Below are positions 1 to 12,312 of a stretch of 64,000 nucleotides of DNA, in pieces (position 1 is the first letter of the stretch; each line of letters opens with the position of its first letter). The position numbers and the translations under genes are program-made. Source of the DNA: Curvularia clavata (Eukaryota); contig CP089278.1 of the NCBI GenBank assembly GCA_023920165.1, forward strand, positions 682,001 through 746,000. The letters run 5' to 3'. The notes under the pieces are model-generated. The model did not search any database, was not told the origin of the DNA, and was given only the letters and a program-made list of their open reading frames with translations.

Positions 1-356
1 CAATGAAACTGCAGCAGGAGAAGTAGCTGTGCGAGATACAGAGTCGGACGAGTCGTCGTCTTCAGATCTGAGTTTCCATTTCTTCCTCTGTCGTGCTAGA
101 TTTATTAACGAAGAAAATACGTCAGACTCGCTGGATCAGAAGCAACATAGAAACAGGAGTCATTTGGGGTATCAGAATTCATTGCGTTTCACTTACAAAC
201 TCGCTTGTTCAATCTATTCTGTAGCCTTTTCCGCTCCTTCGGGTTCGTTATACCAGCCCAGTCTTCACCCGGTTGTCGTATATAGGCCACATGTCGCATT
301 CGCTGCAACTCAACGCAGGGGGCATAAGATACACCGGGAGTACTGTGATGATCCAT
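1..356 (-). CDS. bZIP-like basic-region transcription factor, DUF3425-type (N-terminal part; runs off the left edge)
   Basis: ATG at 356; exon 356-197; intron 196-96 (GTAAGT...CTGAC...TAG); exon 95-1. Spliced protein ...EDWAGITNPKERKRLQNRLNKRVSRQRKK... matches the basic region typical of fungal DUF3425 proteins. Confidence 0.75.
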
Positions 357-1033
357 AGTGATGATAATGTTGGTGATGCTAAGGGTTAAAGACAGTCGCA
401 GAGTGGGAACATGGCTGTACCTTTCCCCCGCCCGGACCAATTCCTCTGTGGTTAGACTGCTTGGCTGACCTACACCGTGACAAGGGTAATGGTTCAACAG
501 CGCGCTAGACTAGGGTTCCTGGAAACTCTAATTCAAAGAGAATAGAATCGTTCCAATATTTGGTTGAACTGTTGTTAGCCCCAATCCTTGAGAGTACCTT
601 CTGGGATTAGAGTAGAGGCGAATGGTCCTGCATTGGACACCTGAGCATGAGTGCGAGCAAGTTTGTACGCGCGCAATCCATAGCTAAACCGGATAACAAA
701 CTCTACTTCTACTTATTTGGAAAATGAAAGCACAGAAACGGCTATGCGAAACGAACTCGAAGATGAATTCAGCACCACAATGACGTCATTTTCAGCTGAC
801 GGCCTTAAGTAATCCGATCACTGCCTGCTTGCCCAGCTCCTCCAATGTACCGAAGCCAAGAAGTTGCAGAGCACTGAAATCGAAGCTCTGCGAATGGAGA
901 GTCACCTTCTAGAAAGTACAGTCACCCCAGTACAGCCGAGTCCATACCTCAAACTGGCCATTCCAATCTGGCTGTTGAATTGACTGCATTTTAGAGAGTG
1001 ACCTATGCTTTATGTGCATGTCGGTTTACCATC

Positions 1034-2833
1034 CTAAGCCATGGCAGCCACCTGTCCACCACCCACTTTACGGAACTGCATATGGATTAGCACAACATCG
1101 CAGATATGACAAGATTGGATTGCACTTACACCAAGGAAGGGTGAGAGAAGGGCTGTCACACCGCTAGCAACGATGGTCATGATGTAAACATTCTTCATGG
1201 CGTCGACAATGGCATCCACAAGCCGAGCCTGAACTTCTCCGGAGAAGCCCTTCCACGCTGCGCTACTTGCCCCAGCAAGAATCACGCGCGGGTTCCCAGA
1301 GAAGTCCGACGGCAAGAGCGGAGCAATATGCCGAGCACCAACATTCTGAAAGACATTGCCGCTGAGCGATGGAAATAGGGTGATGCCAATGCATTGTATG
1401 AGACTGACGACACCGATCGCGTTGAAAGTTTCCTTGGGCTCGACAACGTCTGAGACGCATCCGAAGGCAGTAATCATGAAACAGCCTCCGCCAATACCCA
1501 GCAGGATGCTGTAACCGTAGATGGCCGAAACGCGTGTGTCGACTCTGACCGTGTACATGAGTGCACCTCCGATGACGGCTAGAATTGAGCCGACCAGAAA
1601 CCATGGCATGTAGTAGCCCCATTTGGAGATGAGATAGCCGTTGAGAATGGCAAAGGTGCAGATCATGATGACGAACGGTAGAAGTTTAATGGCTGCGTCC
1701 ACAGGAGACTCACCCCTGGCGAACTGGAAATAAAGTGGGAGGTAGTAGATCGGAATGTAGACGGCTGATGCTGCAGAGAAGGTGGCGACTTGCAAGATTC
1801 CCAACTTGAAGTTCCGCAGCAAGTGGCTTGGATAGAGTCGGTTTTCCGTCCCAATGAATGGGTGGAACTTGTGCGTCAGGACAAAAGCAATAGCAAGAAC
1901 AACCACGAACACCCAGAGGATGATCATGCTGTAGGAGTCCCACTCGAATAGTGTTCCGCCATAGGTAACCGCCATGAAAAACGAGACGCACCAGCCAGTC
2001 CATACAGCCAATCCAAGCCAGTCAATTTTGGCTAGCCTCTGTTTGGCAGTCTGGCCCCTCGCGAAGTCAATAGAAGGTAAAATGAAGACAAGGATGGGTC
2101 CGGCGATTGCAAAGATTAAAAGGTTGATGTAGAAGCCCCATCGCCATCCGAGGCTGCTTTCGGCAAACCCTCCGCCAATCTTTATACATCCAGTCAGTTA
2201 TGTACTCAAAATATGGCTTTTGTGGCGAGTAGGACTTACAATAGGGCCCAACACTGTGCCGGCTCCCCACGTAGGAGAAATTAACGAAATGTAGAAAGGA
2301 CGTTCTTGAGGAGTTGTAACGACGCTGAAGAACGTCAAGGAGCCCACATATATGCCACAACCTCCAACGCCAGCAATCATGCGTCCCACAATAAGAGAGT
2401 CCATCGTTGTCGAGGCACCGGATATGGCACTACCGACTTCAAAGCAAACAACGTAGCCAAAGTATAACCATTTGATGTCAAAAATTCCGTACATCTTGGA
2501 CTGAATGAGTACTAGCGCAGTGGCCGGCAAGGCATAGGCTGTGGCAAGCCATGGGAACTTCTCGAAATCGCCTAGGGATGCAATGATGTTTGGCTGTATG
2601 TCCGCTACCACGGTGGTGTCGAGAGCATATAGGAAGGTGCAGGAGAGAACGGCACTGACCGTCAATACCCACTTGATGCCGTGGACCTTGCGCTCATACT
2701 CTGGCCCTGAATTTTCTTTCTCATCTCGCGAGCTTTCGTTTAATATCGGGCTCTCGGAGCGTCTTGATGAATTCGCTTCGCTGTTGGCTGCTCGGCTGTC
2801 GGTAGGAGTGGGTGTTGTTTGAGTGTCGTGCAT
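1034..2833 (-). CDS. MFS drug/toxin efflux transporter (14-TMS DHA2-like)
   Basis: ATG 2833 (MHDTQ...); introns 2239-2180 (GTAAG...AAG) and 1129-1076. Motifs LYALDTTVVADIQP, LIVGRMIAGVGGCG, LGPIIGGGFAES-SLGWRWGFYIN, IYYLPLYFQFARG. Confidence 0.9.
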
Positions 2834-4492
2834 TAGGGCAACTGTTGAACAACCGGAGTACTGGGAAAGATATTTGAACAAAATTGGAAGATAAAGATTG
2901 TACCCTGTCACGATCCGTGAAGGAAGGTTGTGAGCCTGATGGTATAGACTTGCTCGGTGTGGCGCCGTAGCAAAGGGAGATGAGTGGTGACACGAATTGC
3001 AATAAAAAGGTCAGGTAGGAACCTCAAGTTTGAAGATATTGTTTGAGAAGGTACATTCAATTTCCTTTATATTCGACATAAACCAGCAAGCGTAGGAACT
3101 GACACAATTGCAGAAACATTGCATGATCGCGAGTGGCATGGTTAGTCCACTGGCATTCCTGGGCGAATGAAAAATGGCTATACTATGCCAAGATATGCAT
3201 TTGGATGACCATTGCCCCCAACAGAGGTGAATTCAATGAAGGCAAGTGAAGATTTAGACCACGACACGAGATCCAGGAGGCCCAAGGGATGATCGATGGC
3301 CCAAACCTTGCCGAGAAGATCCTGTCTCAGCGATGTGTGGGGGCAACGACGCAGGGATATGAGAAGCCAAGAAGATTCCTGCTTTCAATCAGACGCAAAT
3401 TGCTGGATGGAGTTCCGTAAGTGCGGCTCTGAGGTGGGAAAGAAAGGAGACATTATTCAGCAATGCTGGGAACCCCATTGCTATTAGAGTAGACCTAGGC
3501 CACGCTAATGCAACCGGCTGACCAGTCCCACCTTCACATCATCACGATACCGTTTTCGCACAACGTTGATTTCGATTGTAACTCTTGCATGAGGCGGCCT
3601 TCTGGCATCTTTGTGTGTGAAGTCCGACTGAGTCCTCATCACCGGCGCCCGGACTTCTTTGCCTTCAATTTCTTTTTGATCTCCGTTTCATGAGCACCGT
3701 ACGGATCGGTCTGCACCGAGAAGACGAGCGAGTTCGCTTCGGAGGGGCGCAATATAATTCAAGATGAGGATGCAATGTGACCAGATACCCATGTATATGT
3801 CGGATAATTTGTCGAATGCCAACATAAATAAAATCCTGTAATTTAGGACTTTTTTCAATTAAGAACAACTATTAGCTCTTAGCGATTCAGTCAATACAGC
3901 AGAGCATTGCAAAATCCCGTCAATGGACTCTACAACATGTCGTCTCCTCTATCAGTGCCTCTATTGCTTGCTGTCAAAGATTAGGTTGTTGTTGGTGAGC
4001 GGGATCGCAAACTCCTTCCATTTGATAATACGTTTACAGACCAATCTGTTCGATCAGTCACTGGCGGTGGTATTAGCATCGATTTAAGTACGACCTCTTT
4101 ATCTAAGTCGTTCCCGACTCAAGTCTTCATGGAAGGCATTGAAGAGGCTTTCAAAGTGGATTGGAGAGTGTTGGAATGAGCGAATTGGAACAGATGAGAG
4201 TACTTGGTGCCTTATGAAGAAAATAGTATGATTATGGGTGAACGTTTCAAGAACGCCCCAAGTTAGGACAATGGGTTATCGATGGAACATACTGTACTCT
4301 GAGAGTTGAAATTATTGAAGCACAGAGCCTGATTGGAGCAGGCGTAGTCGTTGCTAGTCATTGTGTAATACACGTAGTAGTACTGTTTCATTATCGCAAC
4401 TCGTGAGCATCGTGTGCACGTATCTCCACAGCGCTCCCAATGAATCATGCATGTGAAGTTTAGTATGTGAAATATACAAAGATTCCCAATCC

Positions 4493-5608
4493 ATGCTGTT
4501 TGACTTAGACGACAGATTCGACGATCAGTCACGGCGGCGCGATGTGAGTACCTGAGTGAGTGATCAGCGGCACCTTGATAAACAACTCCAGATTCTCCGC
4601 ATGCACGACAACATGATATATGGAAACATGACGGCTCTGGATCTAGCAATAAGCATGGATATCGCGATGAGAGACACACCAGAGCAACTTCATGGTGATG
4701 GTAGGGCTGCATGTGGACAGTTGCAAAGGAGGGCGTTGAGGTAAGATTACCTCGGGTTCTGCGAGCACCACCGCTGACATGGGGATTTTAGAGCTATTTC
4801 TGAAGAAAACGTCCGCAAGGCTCGTGTAGAAGCGTTGCGACAGGAGTTGGCTGTGCTAGAGTCGGACCTTGCCAGCACTACAGTAACCACCCAGGATGCC
4901 ATCGAGCAACTGGCAAAAGCAAAATGTCTAGAGCTCAGCAATTGCATAGTGAGAAAACTACCACGCGAGGTGCGCGACATGATTTACCAGTACATCAGCA
5001 CACGCGATAGCGAATCCATAGAGCGCGAGCATTTCCGGACCACACTGGACCCTCTAACACGGCTATACTCCTACGACTTCGAGCGCTGGAAGAAGCAACA
5101 TTTCCCAGAGCACTACTGGAATCCAGAGTATGTCTCAAAGCCACTATATGCCGAACTAGTAGAGAATTACTACCGCACATCCACTTTTGTCTTCAGCGAC
5201 GATGCTGGCGTCATGAAGCGCTTCCTCACGACGGATGAGATGCGCCTCGGCTTGCTCCCCAGGAATTTGGTTGCAAAGGTAGAAATCGAGCTCAAGGCTA
5301 TTTCGCATGACCGAGGCTCCTTTCGCGCGTACATGTTCGGAGTGCCAAAGAGTCCGGAGCGAATGCGGGAGGCGCTTGATGGGCTGTTCGAGCTCAAGGC
5401 TGGCGCAAGAGTATTAATCAAATTCATAACTGAGGCCAAAACAGAAGAAGAGAGGGAAGAGCATTGTAGGGGCGCAATGGAGACGCTTTTCGATCCTAAG
5501 CAGAGAGAGAAGATGGCAATGTACAAAATCAAGTTCGTAGTGGATGGAGGGAGGTCTTGGGATTTAGGAGAGGTCATGCGACAGGAGTGGATGGACATTC
5601 ATGGCTGA
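4493..5608 (+). CDS. Hypothetical fungal protein with an F-box-like LPREVRDMIY motif
   Basis: Exons 4493-4543, 4592-4740, 4792-5608 splice in frame (GTGAGT...CAG; GTAAGA...CTGAC...TAG). Short coiled coil followed by KLPREVRDMIYQYI. Confidence 0.75.
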
Positions 5609-5961
5609 ATTTAAAATCAAAGTGGGTGAATGTGTGGTCAAGGAGGAGCCTCTAAGTTTCAGCCTCGTTCTGTATAAGCGCAATGAGATGAAATCAAATA
5701 CTCGAAAAAGATGTCGAAGCCCAAGGGGGAAACCAGGGCTGCAACTAGCGTATGTGAAGCTTTTGTCGTGATTGGCTGTCATATGACGTTATCAGGGTCC
5801 CGGCGCGAAAAGGTACCCCGCCGTCGCAGAAATTGTTGTCGCGATATTTATGAACTGCCCCTCAGTGAATGCTTGCGCGCGCCTTTTTTGCTTCAAACGC
5901 ATCGATACGTAGAATCAAGACCAGCATCTTTACAAGAAATATTTCCATACCTTATCGCAAA

Positions 5962-6953
5962 ATGGCAGGCGTTCCGAACACGTACGATGGTACAAATCTC
6001 TCATCTTCCCACTGCCGAGCCGACTGTTGACTTCTGCAGCGCCTGTTCACATTGCCGTCATAGGCGGCACTGGCATTTCATCGTTGCCAGGATTCACTCT
6101 GGCCGCGACTCTTGACGTTGACACGCCATGGGGAAAGCCGTCTTCACCAATTTCCATCCTGCAACACCCATCGCCAACTACCGGCAAGCCCATTCCCGTA
6201 GCCTTCATTTCACGACATGGCCTGTACCACGAGCTTGCACCCCATGAGGTCAAGAACCAGGCCAACATTGCTGCACTGCGCCACCTTGGCGTCCGCACAA
6301 TTATTGCGTTTTCCGCCGTCGGTTCGCTCCAGGAGCACGTCCGACCCCGCGACTTCCTCGTCCCAGACCAGATCATCGACCGCACCAAAGGCATCCGGCC
6401 ATTTACCTTCTTTGAGGGAGGCATGGTGGGCCATGTTGGCTTCGGCGACCCATTTGACAAGCGACTGGCTACCATTGTTAGGCAGTGCGGACATGCGCTC
6501 GAGGGTGACGGCGTCACACTGCATGACAAAGGAACACTCATCTGCATGGAGGGTCCACAGTTTAGCACTCGCGCCGAGTCCAATCTCTACCGTTCCTGGG
6601 GTGGAAGTGTCATCAACATGTCTGCACTACCTGAGGCCAAACTGGCGCGCGAGGCCGAGATAGGCTATCAGATGATCTGCATGGCGACCGACTATGACTG
6701 CTGGAGGGGAGACGGCGAGGAGGATGTCAATGTGGAGATGGTCATGGCCCACATGAAGGCAAATGCAGAGAATGCCAGACGCTTCGTAGGCGCCGTGCTG
6801 AATGAGCTGAGCAAGGAGGAGCATGCAGACCAAGTCCTCGCGAAGCACCTCGATGGACAGATGAGGTTTGCTGGCGCCATGACGAAGAAGGAAGGTCGCG
6901 GAAAAGAGGTTGAGAAGAAGCTGCAGTGGCTATTCCCAGGCTACTTCGACTAG
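5962..6953 (+). CDS. MEU1: S-methyl-5'-thioadenosine phosphorylase (MTAP, methionine salvage)
   Basis: Exon 5962-5989, intron 5990-6039, exon 6040-6953 give MAGVPNTYDAPVHIAVIGGTG. PNP/MTAP motifs TPWGKPSSP, SRHG, FSAVGSL, MEGPQFSTRAES, INMSALPEAKLAREAE, MATDYDCW. Confidence 0.95.
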
Positions 6954-7769
6954 ACTACAAAATCTATCGACACGTAATCGGCTCACGTACATGTCTGATG
7001 GGCTTTGGGATCTAGAATGAGAACAGACAACTTGCGTGGCAGCAATCTTCCGTACCGAGCGATATATGGCTGTGAAGTATATGCGAGCCCGCCTTATTTC
7101 CAAGACCTGCAACTACGGCAAACAACCCCAAGATGCGGTTCCAACATCAAACAAGAGGGATTTCAATACTCAATTTGTTGGTAGCTGCCTACAACCAGCA
7201 GCAAATCCGCCTTCCGCGGGGCCAAGCTTTTCAACCCACGGGTTTACCCTCTCTGGCACCTTCCTAGTTAGGTTGTGATCGTCAACAATGCCTTACGTAG
7301 ACGCGTTGGATCTGGTTAACGTCTATCCATAGTGCATCTCCCAAGATTATGCTTATTGGCTTCGCATAGACATTGACGGGTGAGCTTTTGGGAGCAAACT
7401 CACTGCTCACGCAATGCGAATGTGTCAAACTGCTGAAATGCACTAGGTGTGGCCAACCAACCCAATCAGAAGCACCTACATAGAGACGGTTACTGTGCAA
7501 CTCGCCACGCGCCGTCAAAACACCGGTTCTGGAGGCGACAATTCTTATCATGGACATCTAGTTTGCATCTGGTGTTCAACCTCCCGTGATAACTGCCGTG
7601 CCTTCAGGCCAATCATAGTTCCCTTGTTGTTCGGCATGGAAAGCGCGCGGGACATGGGTTCCCATATAGCGCAGTTGACTATAAACTGACCGACGTCGCC
7701 CAGCATAATGAGCCATCTCTCCGACCAACCCTCACCCATTGCTGCGCCAGAGCAATTGCAACCGGCATC

Positions 7770-9541
7770 ATGGTCTCTGCCTGGTTCTTGGTCAAGGCAT
7801 TCGTGGCCTTCGCGCCACTTGCGAGCGTGTATGCGCACAACACTGGCAAGACCAAGTTCCCATCTCTTCTGGATGCTACACTCGACGAGCTGGTTGCTGG
7901 ACTCGATTCAGGGGCGTTTACGAGCTTGGACCTTGTGCAGGTACGTTTGATAGCGGCATTGACAGCGGTTGCATCCGGGTGCTGACGCTACGCAGGCTTA
8001 CGTAGGACGCATCCTTGAAGTCAACCAGACACTCCACATGGTCACTGAGATCAACCCAGATGCCTGGGCTATCGCAAAAGGAATGGATGATGAGCGTGCC
8101 CGTGGAAAGTGTAGAGGGTCAGTTGTTCATGTTTGACATCGCTTCATGATGCTAATTAAGACATAGCCCTCTCCACGGCGTTCCCGTGCTCATTAAGAAC
8201 AACATTGCTACCGCTGATCAGATGAACAACACAGCTGGCTCATGGTCCCTGGTCGGAGCCAAGGTTCCACGTGATGCTACTGTCGCTGCTAAACTTCGCC
8301 AAGCAGGCGCCATCATTTTGGGCAAGAGTAATCTTTCCCAGTGGGCCAACTACCGATCCTCCAACTCTTCCAATGGCTGGTCTGCCTATGGAGGGCAAAC
8401 ATATGGCGCGTACTATCCCGGTCAGGATCCCAGTGGCAGCAGCAGCGGCAGTGGCGTCGCTACCAGCATAGGCCTGGCATGGGCAGCTCTGGGAACCGAA
8501 ACCGATGGATCCATCGTCTCGCCTAGCGAAGTTAACAATCTTGTTGGCATCAAACCCACCGTCGGTCTCACCAGCAGGTCTCTTGTGATCCCTATTTCAG
8601 AGCACCAGGACACGGTTGGGCCTATGGCATGCACTGTCAAGGATGCAGCTCACCTTCTGCACGCCATTGCTGGCCCTGACCCCTACGACAATTACACTAG
8701 TGCTATCCCTTGGGCAAAGAACAAAATGTATGCGACCAAGCCTGATTATGTCGCGGCCTGCAAGCTGGATGCCTTGAAGGGAAAGCGTATCGGTGTTCCT
8801 CGCAATGCCATTTTTTATGGTGGCGATTCTACTGCGCCCATCCTCGCTGCTTTCGATAGCGCGCTCGACGTTCTCCGTTCTGCTGGTGCCGTCGTGGTTG
8901 ATGGAACAAATTACACCGCTTGGGATCAGTATCTGGAATCCCTTCAAGGGCCCAGCATTGTCCTGGACGGTGATTTTGCGCCCAATCTTGCCAGCTATCT
9001 TGCCCAACTCACATACAATCCCAACAATGTCACTTCTCTAGAAGACGTGAGGAATTTCACCCAAGACTTCCCCGCTGAGGATTACCCAGCTCGAGACACA
9101 TACTATTTCGACACTTCCATTGCACAGTCCAAGAACTTCAGTAACACAGATGCGCAGTTCTGGGCTGCTTACCAGAAGAACCTCTACCTAGGCGGCGAAG
9201 GTGGTCTCCTTGGTGCACTTTCCACCTACAATCTCGATGCGGTAGTCGTTCCAACATTCTCCGCATCTGGTATCTCTGCCAATATTGGCGGCCCTATCGT
9301 CACCGTTCCGCTGGGAGCCTACCCACCCAACACTACGGTTGTCCTTAACGGATATGGTGATCTGAATGCCACTGCGCCAAACATCCCGTTTGGAATATCT
9401 TTTGCAGGCAAGCTATGGAGTGAGGAGAGCTTGATTGGGTTTGCCTATGCGTACGAACAGAGGACTATGGTCAGGAAGGCAATTAAGCCGTATATCCAGC
9501 CCAGCATTGAGATTAAGGATGTGGTAGGCACTCGCGAGTAA
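7770..9541 (+). CDS. Secreted amidase-signature family enzyme
   Basis: Signal peptide MVSAWFLVKAFVAFAPLASVYA; introns 7941-7995 and 8118-8166. Motifs GPLHGVPVLIKNNI (catalytic Lys), PSGSSSGSG and GTETDGSI (Ser-cisSer). Confidence 0.92.
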
Positions 9542-10135
9542 ATGACATCGGAGAGAGATGAATGCACGGCGGATAGGCCGATATAGCTACGCATAATGTA
9601 CTAGCTGGCCAACACGGTTCTGGCACTAATAACCAGAGCTCTTTTATAATAGCATCAGACTTAATTCATACACATCTCTCAGTCCATTTTTGAATAATGT
9701 TCTTTTTTTCAATCACAAGATGCGGATTTACCTTGTTCATGCTGGTAGCTGTTTGCACCCATCCCAATGAAGTAACATTGCGCCGAGGTCCGCGCCAACT
9801 TTGCCCGCCGTCAGAACGTCTTCACGGAAAGGGATGTATGATAGAGTAATCCATTGTGAGGCGTGTCGCACCAAGAAATAATTTCACATCACATACAGAT
9901 TACAGTGGCTCAGCCACCACAGAAACGTATTCTAGAGGTGTTCAGCTGATACGGGTGGATATGAAGAAGGCGGTGGTATTGATGGCGCACAACACTCATG
10001 ACGCAATTGGCGATGCTCGAAGCTCCTCAGTGGCGCCGAAGCTCTCCGCCACCCCTCAGCAACAATCTCGGGGCCAGGCGAAGCACAGTGCTTCCAAATC
10101 AACATCACAACGCTGAGATACATATACTCCTCCCC

Positions 10136-10796
10136 ATGCGCTTCCCCTCCTTTCCATCATTTCTCCGCGCCTTCCACACGGTAACAAATACGACAAGCGC
10201 TTTTATTCGCTCCAACTCAGCGAACACCATCGGCCGCACTATTCATAGCTCTCCCCAGCGCGCAGTCCTCTACCGTTCGATGCCAAACATCCCCTTCCTG
10301 GGCGCCCTCTTTGGATCTTCTAGCAGCATGGCAGACAACACAAACTACCCTGTGCAGAAGCCCGAGGGTGAATGGCAGGCACAGCTATCGCCTGGTACGT
10401 CTATTAGTCCCTCTTATCGAGCAAAGCTAATAACCCTCAGAGCAATTCCGCATTCTGCGAAAGAAGGGCACCGAGCCACCTGGTTCCGGCAAATATGACA
10501 AGCACTACCCCGACGCAGGCGTCTATACCTGCGGTGGCTGTGACGCGCCTCTCTACAAAGCAAACCACAAATTCGACTCTGGCTGCGGGTGGCCTGCTTT
10601 CTGGGACGCCATACCCGGTGCTGTTGGGCAGAAGCCAGATCCCGGTCTAGGCATGATGCGGACCGAGATTGTTTGCAACAACTGCGGAGGTCACCTGGGA
10701 CACATTTTCAAGGGCGAGCGATTCGGCAACCCCAAGGACGAGAGGCATTGTGTCAACAGTATCAGCATCAACTTCAGCCCTGAGGATAAGTCCTGA
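10136..10796 (+). CDS. MXR2: Peptide methionine-R-sulfoxide reductase MsrB (zinc-binding) with N-terminal mitochondrial-type presequence
   Basis: Exon 10136-10394, intron 10395-10440, exon 10441-10796. Motifs LSPEQFRILRKKGTE, YTCGGC, KFDSGCGWPAF, EIVCNNCGGHLGHIF, ERHCVNS. Confidence 0.95.
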
Positions 10797-11074
10797 CTTG
10801 AGGAGAAATGCAAATATAGCAAAGGAAAGTTATAGAGCATAGCGCATCACTGACGACGAAATGAAACAATATTCTTAGCGTATTTTGCTTTACCTCTACC
10901 TTTACCTACGTATCCACCGTGAAATTGCCTTTCTCGTCACGCCTTTACCGTACTTTGATATTCGGTCTGGACGCAGCAAACGCCCGGCATGGATATGGTC
11001 TCTCTATTTCTCCCACATCTAATTATTACACTCAACAGAAACAACACACAATTATTGCTTACTACTTCGACATC

Positions 11075-11752
11075 ATGTCTTGGATAGCTGACCCGACCTC
11101 CCCTACCGAGTTGGATCCCCCTCTTTGTGGAGTTTGTTCGAACCAAGCAACTCTCACTTGCCGCACCTGCAACAACATGCAGTACTGCTGCGCCGAGTGT
11201 CAAGAAAGCGACGCTCCTTTGCATAATACCATCTGCACCAGCTTTGCGAACTTCCAAGAGCGGCCTAGTCCCTACCATTACCGCGCCATCCTCTTCGATG
11301 CCTACGAGGTCCGGCCCAGATTCATCTGGCTTCTCATTGACGGCATGCGCGGCATCCAAGACGTCAACAAAGACGACTGGTCTCGGTACTGCTCTGGAAG
11401 GCGCTCAAGTGACATCACAATCACCACTGATCAAGGCTTCACTCCTCCCCGCCAGTTCAACCATAGGATCCTCGTTGAGTACGATGAAGACTCACTTGGG
11501 CGCGGTTTACCAGCCAACCTCTGTCTGATCAAGCTCTGTGGCCCGGAAGTAGCGCGCTTTCGGGGCAACTATATTGCTCGCGGGTACAAGTACAGGGGTG
11601 ATACGACGCCAGATCAGCGCGATCCGTGTGATATTTATATTCCAGGTGGTTGCGACATTGCGCTGGATTTGGATACCACGTGCTTGGGTCCGTTGGTGTC
11701 TTGGTTTCAAGAGTATGTTGATTTTGAGGAGAAGTACTGTGCTTTTCAGTAG
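11075..11752 (+). CDS. MYND-type zinc finger protein
   Basis: CGVC...CRTC...YCCAECQESDAPLHNTIC fits the MYND Cys/His spacing; it is followed by RPSPYHYRAILF, common in fungal MYND proteins. Single exon from ATG 11075. Confidence 0.85.
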   Translation: MSWIADPTSPTELDPPLCGVCSNQATLTCRTCNNMQYCCAECQESDAPLHNTICTSFANFQERPSPYHYRAILFDAYEVRPRFIWLLIDGMRGIQDVNKDDWSRYCSGRRSSDITITTDQGFTPPRQFNHRILVEYDEDSLGRGLPANLCLIKLCGPEVARFRGNYIARGYKYRGDTTPDQRDPCDIYIPGGCDIALDLDTTCLGPLVSWFQEYVDFEEKYCAFQ

Positions 11753-12312
11753 AGGAGGACTAAGGCTGGGTGCGGTGAGGTGGAGGGGATTCGGTGGATC
11801 TGCAAGACCATGTGCAGTCGCATAGAGTACGTTATCACGACAGCATATGAGATCGGGGTTCCGTGGACGCAAGCATGGCTGCCAAAGCCGGGCATGAGTC
11901 TCGATGCTTCAAAAGTAGCGGGTTGACTGGAAATGCTACCTCGTCCTTGAACACTTCAAATTCAAAAAATCTGTCCAACAATATCTTCAATGTCGCAAAT
12001 TAAAGAAGTCATGTGTACAATATATGTCCCGCGAGATTGTTCTGGAAATAGGTCATCGGAAATAGCATCACCAAGTGGCGACGCTATTTTTTGCCCCGAG
12101 GCCCGAAGCGACTGCACTGATTGCATTTTCGCCAATGAAATCTCTACATTGATAGTATCAACTGCACGCTATCGTGCGCGGCCGAGAAACCCGATCCTGG
12201 GATCGAAAATCCCAATCCACATTCGCTTTCCCCAGGTTCCTTTCTTTTTTCCTGCTTCTTGGCTGAACATTCCGTGTGCCTGTTATCGCTCGCATACTTA
12301 CCCGCCAAGCTG

